Part shown: positions 41,899-50,576 of the stretch, piece after piece | How the letters are laid out: each line of letters starts with the position of its first letter | How positions within the stretch are numbered: position 1 is the first letter of the stretch | Source: Phycisphaerales bacterium | GTDB taxonomy: Bacteria; Planctomycetota; Phycisphaerae; Phycisphaerales; UBA1924 | DNA: 64,000 nt | Assembly (NCBI GenBank): GCA_044369085.1 | Contig: JBIPMO010000001.1 | Coordinates: forward strand, 7,889 to 71,888 | Direction of reading: 5' to 3' | Notes under the pieces: generated by a model | Database searches by the model: none | Seen by the model: the letters and a program-made list of their open reading frames with translations, nothing else | What the model was told of the DNA's origin: nothing | Made by a program: the position numbers and the translations under genes

Positions 41899-43866
41899 TC
41901 ACGGGCAGGTCGTCCCGAAGTTCGCCAGAACTGTCGTGATATCCGAGAAATCGACCGAGCCGTCATTGTTGGCATCACCCGCACCGGCCGACAGCGGGGG
42001 ATAGGTCGTCCCGAAGTTGGCGAGCACCGCCGTGATGTCGGAGAACGACACGGTCCGGTTCCCGTCCGCATCGCCCGTGCAGAACGAGGGCGGCGCCGCG
42101 AGGCTCGGGCCCACGAACAGAACCGCCTGATAGGTCTCGGGCGTCCCGCCGTTGTTGTAGGTGATCGATGCGTTCACAACCACGCCGCCGAACGACCGCG
42201 GGTCAGACGGGCCGGTCCCGGTCTGATTCGGATAGCTGGGCTGCAGCAGGTTGCCGCTGAAGAACGAGCCCGAGGCGATCGAGTCCGAATCGCCCAGAGT
42301 CAGGCGGTCGATCGTGTACGTGCGGGTCGAGTTGGCACCCGTGAACGACTGCCCGGCCTGGAGCAGCCGCTCCAGCCGGTACCCGCTCGGGGTGTTCACG
42401 GACTTGATGAGCGCCGTGGTCGGCGAACCGACCGTCGGCTGGAAGGCCGCGACAAAGTAGACGTTGCCCTGGCGGTCGACCGCGGGAGCCGAGATCGAGA
42501 TCGGGGTCGCCCCGGTGCGGATGGTGCCGATGGTCGTCCCGCTCGGCCCGTCGAGAACCGCCTTGCCCTCGTAGGCCGGGACGGTCCAGGTGATCGTCCC
42601 GCCGAAGCGAGCGAGGGCGATGTACTCAAGCCCGCCCGCATCGGTCGCGGTCGCAGCGGCGACGTAGGAACTGGTCAGCGGGTCAAAGCCCACACCGACC
42701 TGACCCGATCCGCCGCGGAAGGAGGTCTGGCTGAGGTACTGCAGGAACTCGGCGTTGCCGCTCGCGTTGGCCGTGAACCCCTGGCCATCGGTGATGCTCG
42801 CCGGCATGGTCGCGCCCCGCGTCGCGATCACCGTGCCGGTGTTCGACACGGCGAACAGGTTCAGCGAGTTCACCTTGGGGTTCGCGCCGGTCGGGCGGGC
42901 CAGCGACGCCACCGTGCCCACGCCGCCCAGGTTGTTCACCGTCGAGAACGAGGGGTTCCCGCGGTGGGTCCCGATCCCCGAGGCCAGGTGCAGCGTGACC
43001 CCGGCCCCGCCGTTGGGCCGGTAGTTGTTGGCAAAGTCGAGCACGATCCCGATCGGAGACCCCAGCGATGCCGGGATCGACGCCGGAACGTTGGTCGTGG
43101 TGGTCGAGTTGTTCAGGATGTACGTCGCGGCCGGGCTGTCGCCGAAGACGTTGTTCAGCCCGTCGAAGTAGAGCGTGCTCAGGAAGTTCCCGCGAGCGGG
43201 CAGGTTCACGCGAACGATGTTCTCGCCCTGCACCGGGCTGTCGCTGGACAGGAAGTTGTCGGCGCGGACGAACAGGTTGCCCGAGGCGTCGATCGCCCCG
43301 AGCGTCGGGGTCGAGGAGTTCTGGGCGAACTCATCGCCGCGCGAGGCTGCCGCGAGCGTGCGCGTGACGAACAGACGGTCCGGGTTCGCGTCCGACTGAC
43401 CGATCGTCGCCCCCCAGACGTTGGATGCCAGCGAAGCAAAGTCGGAGAAGGCCACGCCGAACTGGCGCGTGAAGCTCGAAGCGCCGACCGTCCCGCCCGT
43501 CGCCGTGTTGCGGACCGGGTTCATGCCCGCGCCGGCGGCGTTCCACTGGCGGTACTGCACCGGCCCCGGGATCAGATTGACGAGCTGGTCCGGGCTGACG
43601 GCCGAGGCGCTCAGCAACTGCGTGGTGAAGAGCGGGTCGTTGTCCGCGCTCGCCTTCATGATCGGCGCGATGCGGAACGCGTTGCCCCACGACGACGTCA
43701 GCGGCACAAGGTCCACGACATATCGCACCACGTTGTCGTGGTTGTAGACATCGAGCGCGTCGGAGGTGCCGGGAGTCGTGGAGACGCTGTCCTGCGCCAA
43801 GGCCGGAACGGCCAGCCCGGCAGCGAGGGTCAGAGCGGCGACACGGCGGAAGGACGACGCGGTCAT
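41899..43866 (-). CDS. large secreted protein with C-terminal dockerin-type double Ca-binding repeat
   Basis: ATG 43866 has a purine-rich RBS and a signal peptide (AALTLAAGLAVPALAQD). The C-terminus is GDADGNRTVSFSDITAVLANFG ... GDANNDGSVDFSDITTVLANFG. Confidence 0.75.
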   Translation of the reverse strand: MTASSFRRVAALTLAAGLAVPALAQDSVSTTPGTSDALDVYNHDNVVRYVVDLVPLTSSWGNAFRIAPIMKASADNDPLFTTQLLSASAVSPDQLVNLIPGPVQYRQWNAAGAGMNPVRNTATGGTVGASSFTRQFGVAFSDFASLASNVWGATIGQSDANPDRLFVTRTLAAASRGDEFAQNSSTPTLGAIDASGNLFVRADNFLSSDSPVQGENIVRVNLPARGNFLSTLYFDGLNNVFGDSPAATYILNNSTTTTNVPASIPASLGSPIGIVLDFANNYRPNGGAGVTLHLASGIGTHRGNPSFSTVNNLGGVGTVASLARPTGANPKVNSLNLFAVSNTGTVIATRGATMPASITDGQGFTANASGNAEFLQYLSQTSFRGGSGQVGVGFDPLTSSYVAAATATDAGGLEYIALARFGGTITWTVPAYEGKAVLDGPSGTTIGTIRTGATPISISAPAVDRQGNVYFVAAFQPTVGSPTTALIKSVNTPSGYRLERLLQAGQSFTGANSTRTYTIDRLTLGDSDSIASGSFFSGNLLQPSYPNQTGTGPSDPRSFGGVVVNASITYNNGGTPETYQAVLFVGPSLAAPPSFCTGDADGNRTVSFSDITAVLANFGTTYPPLSAGAGDANNDGSVDFSDITTVLANFGTTCP

Positions 43867-44126
43867 CACGAACCTCTCTCTCGGGGCGCTCGGCGCGCCG
43901 GTGTACGGAGCCTCAGTCAGGGATGCGCAGCCCGCAACCCGACACCCAGTAAAGCGATTCACCCGCCGAAGGCCTGGACCGCCAACGGCAGCACCCCGGA
44001 TCATGCAGGGGTCCATCGCATCGGTCAACCGAAATCAGCACGAGAGTTGCGATTGGCCGGAAGTGGGAACCCTTGCGGCAACCGGATTTCCGGACCTTCA
44101 CCGCCCCGCCTGAGCCGGAAACCTCG

Positions 44127-44762
44127 TTAGAGTTCTGATTGGTATCGCACCGCGGGCAGGCTTTCGATCCGCGCCTTCTGCAGCCGCATCCATTTCAGCC
44201 ACTTCTCCTCTTCCTCGAGCATCAGCGCACGCTTCAGCCAATCCAAGGTCTGCAGCGACCCTTCGTTCAGCAGGCTGTCCGCGCGGATCCCGCCTCGCAA
44301 CGCGGGCAGGAACGAGTCATCACGCAGGATCGACTTGGCATACAGGTCGCGCGCCTCGCGCACGTACCCGCGACGGTCCCAGAGCAGAGCCAGGTTGTAG
44401 ACCGGACGCGGATCGCTGGTGTCAAGCTCGGCGGAGGTCGAGAAGGCCTCGGCGGCCTGCAGATACTTCTCCTGCTTCATCAGCACCAGCCCCAGATTGT
44501 TCCACGCCGAGGGGAACTCGCGGTAGGTCGTCACCGCCTCGCGGTAGCCATCGGCGGCGCGGTCGGGATCGCGCTCACGATCGGCCTTGGCCGCGATCTC
44601 CACGGCCTGCGCCAGCCGCTTGGCATCATCGGCGGCGAGACCCGCGGGAACACCCATGCGGAGCTGCTTCTGGCAGCCCGCAACCGGCGCGAGCGCCGCG
44701 GCGACCAGCGCCAGCACGAGCGCTGCGGAACGAACTGGCATGGCGCGGACCATCGTCTGCAA
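44127..44762 (-). CDS. TPR-repeat lipoprotein
   Basis: Lipobox LAPVAGC. TPR units include AWNNLGLVLMKQEKYLQAAEAF and VYNLALLWDRRGYVREARDLY. Confidence 0.7.
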   Translation of the reverse strand: MQTMVRAMPVRSAALVLALVAAALAPVAGCQKQLRMGVPAGLAADDAKRLAQAVEIAAKADRERDPDRAADGYREAVTTYREFPSAWNNLGLVLMKQEKYLQAAEAFSTSAELDTSDPRPVYNLALLWDRRGYVREARDLYAKSILRDDSFLPALRGGIRADSLLNEGSLQTLDWLKRALMLEEEEKWLKWMRLQKARIESLPAVRYQSEL

Positions 44763-44790
44763 GGCTAGTCTCCTGCTGCTGAAGCCCCGG

Positions 44791-45360
44791 CTACTGAGGC
44801 CTATGGTAAACGCTCACGCGGATCATCGAGCGCCAGCCGTTGCCCGCGGGCGTGAGCTGGGCCATCGACACGAACGCACGGTCCTTGAGGAACTCGTGAC
44901 GCAGCGTCTCGTCCACGCCGCGGAGGATGTTCTCCAGGGGCTCGCTGTTGCTCGTCACCTGGATCTCCGAACGATTGATCGGTGGATTGGTCAGGATCGG
45001 GGTCGGGGTGTTGTTTCCGATCACCGGAGGCTCACGGAAAGGGATGTTCGTCTGCTTCCAGGCCTGCTCGACCTGGCTGCCGAAGAACGGAGCGGGCGGG
45101 TACAGCCCCGCGATATCGATCGCCTTGGTCTTCTCGGCCTGGATCTGCGCGACCGTCTTGTTGATCTGCTCCACCTCGCGCACCCGGACGCTCACCAGAT
45201 TGCGCTGGGCCGCCATGTCGCGCCAGGCCCAACCAAGGTAGATCACCGCGGCGATCACCATCAACAGCGGGATCATGAGCAGAGAGGTCGGCCGGTTGGC
45301 GCGATCAACCGAGGCGGCCATCGCCGAGAGCTGCTGTTCGAGTTGGGATGAGAGGATCAT
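44791..45360 (-). CDS. GspM/PilO-like bitopic T2SS platform protein (topology-based call)
   Basis: Short cytoplasmic N-terminus, one TM (LLMIPLLMVIAAVIYLGWAW) and a roughly 140-aa periplasmic domain. Its position in the cluster supports the call. Confidence 0.45.
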   Translation of the reverse strand: MILSSQLEQQLSAMAASVDRANRPTSLLMIPLLMVIAAVIYLGWAWRDMAAQRNLVSVRVREVEQINKTVAQIQAEKTKAIDIAGLYPPAPFFGSQVEQAWKQTNIPFREPPVIGNNTPTPILTNPPINRSEIQVTSNSEPLENILRGVDETLRHEFLKDRAFVSMAQLTPAGNGWRSMIRVSVYHRPQ

Positions 45361-45426
45361 GGGATGAACACGTGTGCAGGAGAACGGTGCTTGACTGCGG
45401 AGATGTTCGCTCGGAAGCGATCGACT

Positions 45427-45442
45427 GTCTCAGATTCTCGGT
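45427..45442 (-). promoter_or_regulatory. 16-nt motif, copy 1 (minus-sense ACCGAGAATCTGAGAC)
   Basis: Matches copy 2 at 15 of 16 nt, with the first 12 nt identical. Lies 66 nt upstream of the GspM-like ATG. A second TCTCAGAT sits at 45456-45463. Confidence 0.3.
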
Positions 45443-45518
45443 TTCGGCTCTGTGATCTCAGATATGTGATGGCAGCCTTGTCGATGCGGAGGAGGGATTG
45501 TCGAAACTCGAAGGGAGT

Positions 45519-47021
45519 TCACTTGGACCAGTTCCCGTTCAGCCGGAGCTGCTGGTCGGCCCCGATGCCGCCGGCCTCGGTCCAGGTCAGGGCTCCCGCC
45601 GCTCGCTGCAGCTCCAGCTTGATTTCCTCGCTGGTCCGGCGGTCGGGGACGGTCGCCTGCAGGCTGCTCGTGCCGCGAGCATCGATCGAAAGCGTGAGCA
45701 GCTTCACCCCTTCGTACCGCGAGAGAATGTCCGCGATTCGCTTGACCTCGTCGTGAACGGGCTTGGGCTCGGGGGGGAGCTTGGGGGGCTCCTTCTTGCG
45801 CAGCTCGGTGAGCATCGATGAAAGCGACATCTGGATGTTGCGGCTGCTCTCGATCGTGGGGTCGTTGAGCGACTTGACCAGCCCGCGCGAAGCTTCCTGA
45901 ATCTCGACGGCGGTCGCCGCCATCGCTCGAGATGCAGCGCTGAACCGCCAGCCCAGCAGCCCGATGGCCACAGCCACCGTGACCAGCGCCGCCGCGGCCC
46001 AGCGGTGCTGCGTCCGCACAGCCCGCGTCGGCCTGCAAGTCAGCACCGTCAGCGTCCGACGCGGATCAGCCGCGGCCGAGCGGTCCGATGCCAGCGCTGC
46101 GCCCGCCCGCTCCACCGTCGCGGGGATCGCCTCCGCGCACGTCTGCTCGCTGATCTCGATCCCGGGCCAGCGCTCGCGGAACGCCTCGGCAAAGCGAGCC
46201 GTTTCGGGCCCGACCAGCACCGCTCGCTTGGGCAGCGTCCCCGCGTGAGCCGCCCATGACAGCCAGTCGAGCGCCAGCCGGGCCGTGAGCCGCTTGGCCG
46301 CCGCCACAGGATCGTCGGGAGCGGCCGGCTCGCCCTCGGCTGGCGCGGCGGCGGGCCGCTCCATCACCTGCTGCCCACCCGCCAGCAGGTTCGCGCCGGT
46401 CGACCACGACCATGCCGCACGCACCCCGGGTTCAAACGCGACCACCGCGGTGATGTCCGCCGCGTGCTCGCGAGCCCATGCCGAGGCCAGGCAATGCCAC
46501 AACGTCGCCACACGATCGGGACGCACGCCCCGAGCATCGAGCTCGTCAAGCCACAGCCGCACAAGCCCGAGCGGGGCCGCGATCACCGGGCCGCGAACCG
46601 GGGCCTGCATCGCGGCGCTCTTGCCGATGGGCTTTGTCCACGCCGCCAACAACCCCCGCTTCTTCGCGATCGTCGGCTCGGGCGCGGCATCGGGGTCCGC
46701 CAATGGCTGGATCGACCCCACCAGCATCTTGTCCCCCCAATCCTGACCCGCCGAACGCACCGCCGCGCCCAGCACCATCGGGTCCGCGCTCGGGGTTTTG
46801 AGCCACAGGAACTGGGCCTCTTCACTGTCGACACAGATCAGCCCGACCCTGCGCTTCTGCGAGGCAAGCCACGCGGCGGCCTCGGCAGCCCGGGCTCGCA
46901 GCACCATCGCAGCCGTCGTGGGATCCTCCGCCGGGGCCGAAGGGGTCCACGATACGGGCGCGCCCCCGCCGATCAGGCGAGTCTCGGACAGGTCGGTTCG
47001 AACGTGGCAGGCGGCGGTCAT
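45519..47021 (-). CDS. GspL-like T2SS platform protein (topology-based call)
   Basis: About 350-aa cytoplasmic domain, a TM (AAAALVTVAVAIGLLGW) and a roughly 130-aa periplasmic domain. ATGA overlap with the upstream gene. Confidence 0.45.
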   Translation of the reverse strand: MTAACHVRTDLSETRLIGGGAPVSWTPSAPAEDPTTAAMVLRARAAEAAAWLASQKRRVGLICVDSEEAQFLWLKTPSADPMVLGAAVRSAGQDWGDKMLVGSIQPLADPDAAPEPTIAKKRGLLAAWTKPIGKSAAMQAPVRGPVIAAPLGLVRLWLDELDARGVRPDRVATLWHCLASAWAREHAADITAVVAFEPGVRAAWSWSTGANLLAGGQQVMERPAAAPAEGEPAAPDDPVAAAKRLTARLALDWLSWAAHAGTLPKRAVLVGPETARFAEAFRERWPGIEISEQTCAEAIPATVERAGAALASDRSAAADPRRTLTVLTCRPTRAVRTQHRWAAAALVTVAVAIGLLGWRFSAASRAMAATAVEIQEASRGLVKSLNDPTIESSRNIQMSLSSMLTELRKKEPPKLPPEPKPVHDEVKRIADILSRYEGVKLLTLSIDARGTSSLQATVPDRRTSEEIKLELQRAAGALTWTEAGGIGADQQLRLNGNWSK

Positions 47022-47719
47022 CGTGGGAGTTCTTTGCGTGCGCCAGCGGGACTCGCGTGACGGATGGCGGGGACGACGGGCGGAATAGCGGGATCCACGC
47101 GCGGCGTGGGAGAGGCATCCGACTGACTGGAGAGGAACAGCCGACCCAGCTCGGTCGTCGGCTCGCGCGGCTCGAAGGGCAGGCTCACATCCATGCCCCG
47201 ACGATCCAGCACGACCGCCTCACTGGTGATTTCCTTCACCACGACGCCCGGGCCAGCGGGGTCGTGCTCATCGGACAACCTCATGCCCACGAACAGCAGG
47301 CGCGAGCCCGTGGCGGTGATGACCAGCGCCGCGATCGAGCCGGGGCCCTGGATCGTCCCCTTGTACCGCCACGAAAGCGGCGGCAGCGCCGATTGTTGCG
47401 GTTGCGCGGCAGGCTCTGCCGCCTTCGTTTCTTCGGGCTGGTTCGTGGCCACCGCCGTCTCGGCGACTTTGTCCGTGAGCTTGCCCAGAGATTCACCCAG
47501 TTCAGCCCAGGATTCGACCGGCTTGGCCGCCTCGGGAGCAGCCGCCGCCGGGGCTGCGGCGCTGGGAGCCTCGGGAGGAGCGATGTCGGGCTTCGAAGGC
47601 GCCGGGATCGGGATCACCATCGCAAGCACCGCGAACCCGACCGCGCCGGCCGCCATCGCCGGCAACATCGCCGACCGTGCCAGTCCCGACCGGATTGTTC
47701 TGGTTCGATGCGGAGTCAT
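47018..47719 (-). CDS. GspC/PilP-like protein (TM plus HR-type beta domain, no PDZ)
   Basis: ATG 47719 overlaps the upstream stop (ATGA). It has a TM (MLPAMAAGAVGFAVLAMV), an A/P-rich linker and YKGTIQGPGSIAALVITATGSRLLFVGMRL...VVKEITSEAVVL. Confidence 0.45.
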   Translation of the reverse strand: MTPHRTRTIRSGLARSAMLPAMAAGAVGFAVLAMVIPIPAPSKPDIAPPEAPSAAAPAAAAPEAAKPVESWAELGESLGKLTDKVAETAVATNQPEETKAAEPAAQPQQSALPPLSWRYKGTIQGPGSIAALVITATGSRLLFVGMRLSDEHDPAGPGVVVKEITSEAVVLDRRGMDVSLPFEPREPTTELGRLFLSSQSDASPTPRVDPAIPPVVPAIRHASPAGARKELPR

Positions 47720-48570
47720 CGGGCGGATCTGCTCCCGGAAGCGCGGTTCTCGCGGGATTCTGCTTCCTCTGTCATGAACAAGTTCTGAGCCTCGGCCTCG
47801 CCCACCGCACGCCACTCGTGCATCTGGGTCACGTTCTGGCGCTTCTCGGCCAGCAGGGTATATCGGCGAATCCCCTCCTGATGCACCGCTTCCACGTTTA
47901 AACGCCACAGGGTGGGCTCAACGACCAGGTGTCGGCTCAGGGTCTGCCCCACATTCGCGTCCACCCCGGCCCGGTCCAGCACCTGCAGCAGCTCGACCGG
48001 GTTCTTGACTTCCTTGCCGCGAGCGGAAACCAGAGCGGAGAAAAGCTCTTGATTTCCCCCCGCGATCGCCAGCAGCACCTCATCCGGGGCCGAACGGATC
48101 GACACCTGCGCGGGCCCGGAGCGCCGCGTCAGGTCGGTGCGATCCTGCGGGATCCGGGCCAGCACCCCCGCCAGCCAGCGCCGCGTCTCGAGATTCGGCA
48201 CCGTCGACAGCCCGCGGAGCACCGTCCCCTGCCCGTCCGTCACATAGATGCGAAGCACCGTCCCCTCGTCTAGCGCGAACCGGTGGGCCACCTCGCCGCT
48301 CTCGGCGTACGAAGCGAGCTTGCCGGCATCGCTCTGGCGGTCGAGCCAGTTCTTGGCATAGTCGCGGATCCCCAGCAGCTCGTGGTGCTCGATGTAGCCG
48401 TCGATCTGCCGCTGGGTGATCGCCGCGTGCATGTTCGAGCGCTGCATCGCGACGCCCAGGATGATCGCCGCGACCGCGAGCATCAGCAGCACGGTCAGGA
48501 ACACAAACCCCGGCCGCGAGGCCCGGAGACCCGGCCGCGCCACAGCCAGACTGGCTAGGCCCGTCTTCAT
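47716..48570 (-). CDS. GspK-like minor pseudopilin
   Basis: The prepilin-like N-terminus RPGFVFLTVLLMLAVAAIILG lacks Glu5, as in GspK. ATG 48570 has GGAGGGG upstream; the ORF opens at 48624. Confidence 0.55.
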   Translation of the reverse strand: MKTGLASLAVARPGLRASRPGFVFLTVLLMLAVAAIILGVAMQRSNMHAAITQRQIDGYIEHHELLGIRDYAKNWLDRQSDAGKLASYAESGEVAHRFALDEGTVLRIYVTDGQGTVLRGLSTVPNLETRRWLAGVLARIPQDRTDLTRRSGPAQVSIRSAPDEVLLAIAGGNQELFSALVSARGKEVKNPVELLQVLDRAGVDANVGQTLSRHLVVEPTLWRLNVEAVHQEGIRRYTLLAEKRQNVTQMHEWRAVGEAEAQNLFMTEEAESRENRASGSRSAR

Positions 48571-48574
48571 GCCG

Positions 48575-49459
48575 TCACATCCCCTCCGGCGTGCTGACGG
48601 CGGTGTCAAAGAGCCAGTCGACATGGCTGCCGTTCTTGGTCCACATCAGCAGCCGCACCGCCACGGGGAAGTCCTCCTGCAGGTACGCCGCAGACACATC
48701 GATCCACTCGCGCCCGTGGCGAGCCCGGGGCAGCAGCCACCATTCGATCGAATCGAGCCCGCGCACCAGCAGCGTGGGCGGCCCCGGCGGCTCGATCGGT
48801 CGCCACTGCAGCGCCAGCGAATCGTCAAGCCGCAGCACCTCGAACACGCCGCGGACGGGCAGGAACCGCGTCAGGTTCGCATCCTCATCGGCGGCGAACG
48901 CATCGGCCGATGCGGGCACCGGGGACTCAAGCACGACGACCTCGAACGATTGCAGCGGATTGCTGCCGGGCCCCGAGGTGTCGTAGTAAAGCTCGAAGTA
49001 CGCCCGCTGGTCGCCCTTGCGCGTCAGCTCCTCGGCCAGCGCCGAGTCCCCCGTCGCGCCGGCGATGGCGTCGCGCAGCTCGCCCGCCGCGCCGTCTTTC
49101 TGGTCCTTCTCCTCGCCCTCGCCGAGCGGCACGCCCGTGTCATCAAACCCCTCGCCCGTCTCGCGGGCCTTGGCCTGACCGGCCGTCACCTGCGGATCCT
49201 CCGGCTTGGAAGCAACAAGGGATGACATCGACTTCCGCAGCACCCGCTGCGCGATCGAAAGCTGCGCCGCATCGTCGAACGATGCCGACAGCCGGTTCTC
49301 GCTGACGCCCACCAGCCCGAACACCGCCGTGGCCGAGATCACGATGATCGTGCCAAGCACCAAAGCGAGCACCAGCTCGATGACGGTGAACGCGCGGCGG
49401 AGCACGCCTTGCCCCGCCCCGTCGATCAACCCGCAACTCGCCGCTTTGCCGTGGTTCAT
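48575..49459 (-). CDS. prepilin-type N-terminal cleavage/methylation domain protein (GspJ-like minor pseudopilin)
   Basis: N-terminus LRRAFTVIELVLALVLG. GGTGGAGG lies upstream of the ATG. Confidence 0.7.
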   Translation of the reverse strand: MNHGKAASCGLIDGAGQGVLRRAFTVIELVLALVLGTIIVISATAVFGLVGVSENRLSASFDDAAQLSIAQRVLRKSMSSLVASKPEDPQVTAGQAKARETGEGFDDTGVPLGEGEEKDQKDGAAGELRDAIAGATGDSALAEELTRKGDQRAYFELYYDTSGPGSNPLQSFEVVVLESPVPASADAFAADEDANLTRFLPVRGVFEVLRLDDSLALQWRPIEPPGPPTLLVRGLDSIEWWLLPRARHGREWIDVSAAYLQEDFPVAVRLLMWTKNGSHVDWLFDTAVSTPEGM

Positions 49460-49472
49460 GCCGCCTCCACCC

Positions 49473-50057
49473 TCACTTCGGCGGAGCGCCGGACCCCGGG
49501 CTTGGTTTCGGACGCGACCCCTGCTCGCGCTCGAATCGCTCGACCTGCTTGAGCAGATAGCGCATCATCGCGTCCTCATCGCGCCCCGACACCGGGTTGA
49601 ACATGCGCGAAAGCTCCGCCAGCGGCCTGCTCGTCTCGATCACCGGGTTCGCGGGATCATCCAGGTACACCGCGATCGTCACACGGTTGAGCATCTGCGG
49701 GAGCGCCTGCTCGGCCGACACCTCGTCCTGGCGCTTGATCCGCCCGCGGCGAAGCCCCGTGCTGTCGGCCTCGTCCTGCATCACCACCTCTTCCTTGAGC
49801 TGGTAGCGGTAGAACGCGTTGCCCTGCTGGATCGGAAGGCTCTGCTGCGGCAGCAGCTTGTCGTCATCCAGGTACTGCGCGACCAGGCGGTGGGCCACCT
49901 CCATCGCGTCGAGCCGGTACCGCTGCCGCGCCACCGAGTTCTCCATGAACGTCACCGTCCCCACCACCACCGAAGCCAACGATGTCAGCAGCGCGGTGGC
50001 CACCACCACCTCGATGAAGGTCAGGCCGCGGCGGGATGAAGACAATCGGTGTCGCAT
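49473..50057 (-). CDS. prepilin-type minor pseudopilin (GspH/I-like)
   Basis: N-terminus RRGLTFIEVVVATALL. Confidence 0.7.
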   Translation of the reverse strand: MRHRLSSSRRGLTFIEVVVATALLTSLASVVVGTVTFMENSVARQRYRLDAMEVAHRLVAQYLDDDKLLPQQSLPIQQGNAFYRYQLKEEVVMQDEADSTGLRRGRIKRQDEVSAEQALPQMLNRVTIAVYLDDPANPVIETSRPLAELSRMFNPVSGRDEDAMMRYLLKQVERFEREQGSRPKPSPGSGAPPK

Positions 50058-50076
50058 GGGCGATGCGTCGCTGGGA

Positions 50077-50487
50077 TCACTGGTCGTCGGGGGTCACGCG
50101 GATGTCGTCGGCGGTGTTGGGCTGGCCGTCGCCGCCATAGGAGATCAGCTCGTAGCCGCTGGGCTGGCTCGATGTTGGCGAGTAGTAATCAAAGTCCTTG
50201 CCCCAGGAATCCTGCGGCATCGCGGTGAGCAGCTTGTCGAGGACGAGCGCGTTCAGCCCGAGCGCGGTGGGCGGGTACGAGTTGTACTGGGCCCGGTACT
50301 GGCTCAGCGCGCCCTTGACGGTCTTCATCGAGGCCTGCGTCGCCGAGGCCTTGGCCTTGTCGGCAGCGCCGACGAAGTTGTACGCCACGATCCCGCCGAT
50401 GATCGCGATGATCAGGATCACGAACATCAGCTCGATGATCGTGAAGCCGGGGAGTGCGTTGGGCCGTTCGCTGATGTTGCGGTTCAT
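50077..50487 (-). CDS. gspG: type II secretion major pseudopilin GspG
   Basis: LPGFTIIELMFVILIIAIIGGIV, and the GspG-type C-terminus YGGDGQPNTADDI. Confidence 0.9.
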   Translation of the reverse strand: MNRNISERPNALPGFTIIELMFVILIIAIIGGIVAYNFVGAADKAKASATQASMKTVKGALSQYRAQYNSYPPTALGLNALVLDKLLTAMPQDSWGKDFDYYSPTSSQPSGYELISYGGDGQPNTADDIRVTPDDQ

Positions 50488-50522
50488 GGGTCGTTCCCTG
50501 CGGATGGTTGCTGTACGGTTCG

Positions 50523-50538
50523 GTCTCAGATTCTAGGT
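50523..50538 (-). promoter_or_regulatory. 16-nt motif, copy 2 (minus-sense ACCTAGAATCTGAGAC)
   Basis: Lies 35 nt upstream of the gspG ATG and contains the -10-like hexamer TAGAAT. Confidence 0.3.
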
Positions 50539-50576
50539 CCTTCCGCAAAGGCCCCACGCCAGCCTTTGTACCGGCG

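Noticed and set aside
50535-50552. Hairpin GGTCCTT-CCGC-AAAGGCC in the gspF-gspG spacer as a terminator.
   Set aside because: The arms are complementary at only 5 of 7 positions and there is no U-tract.
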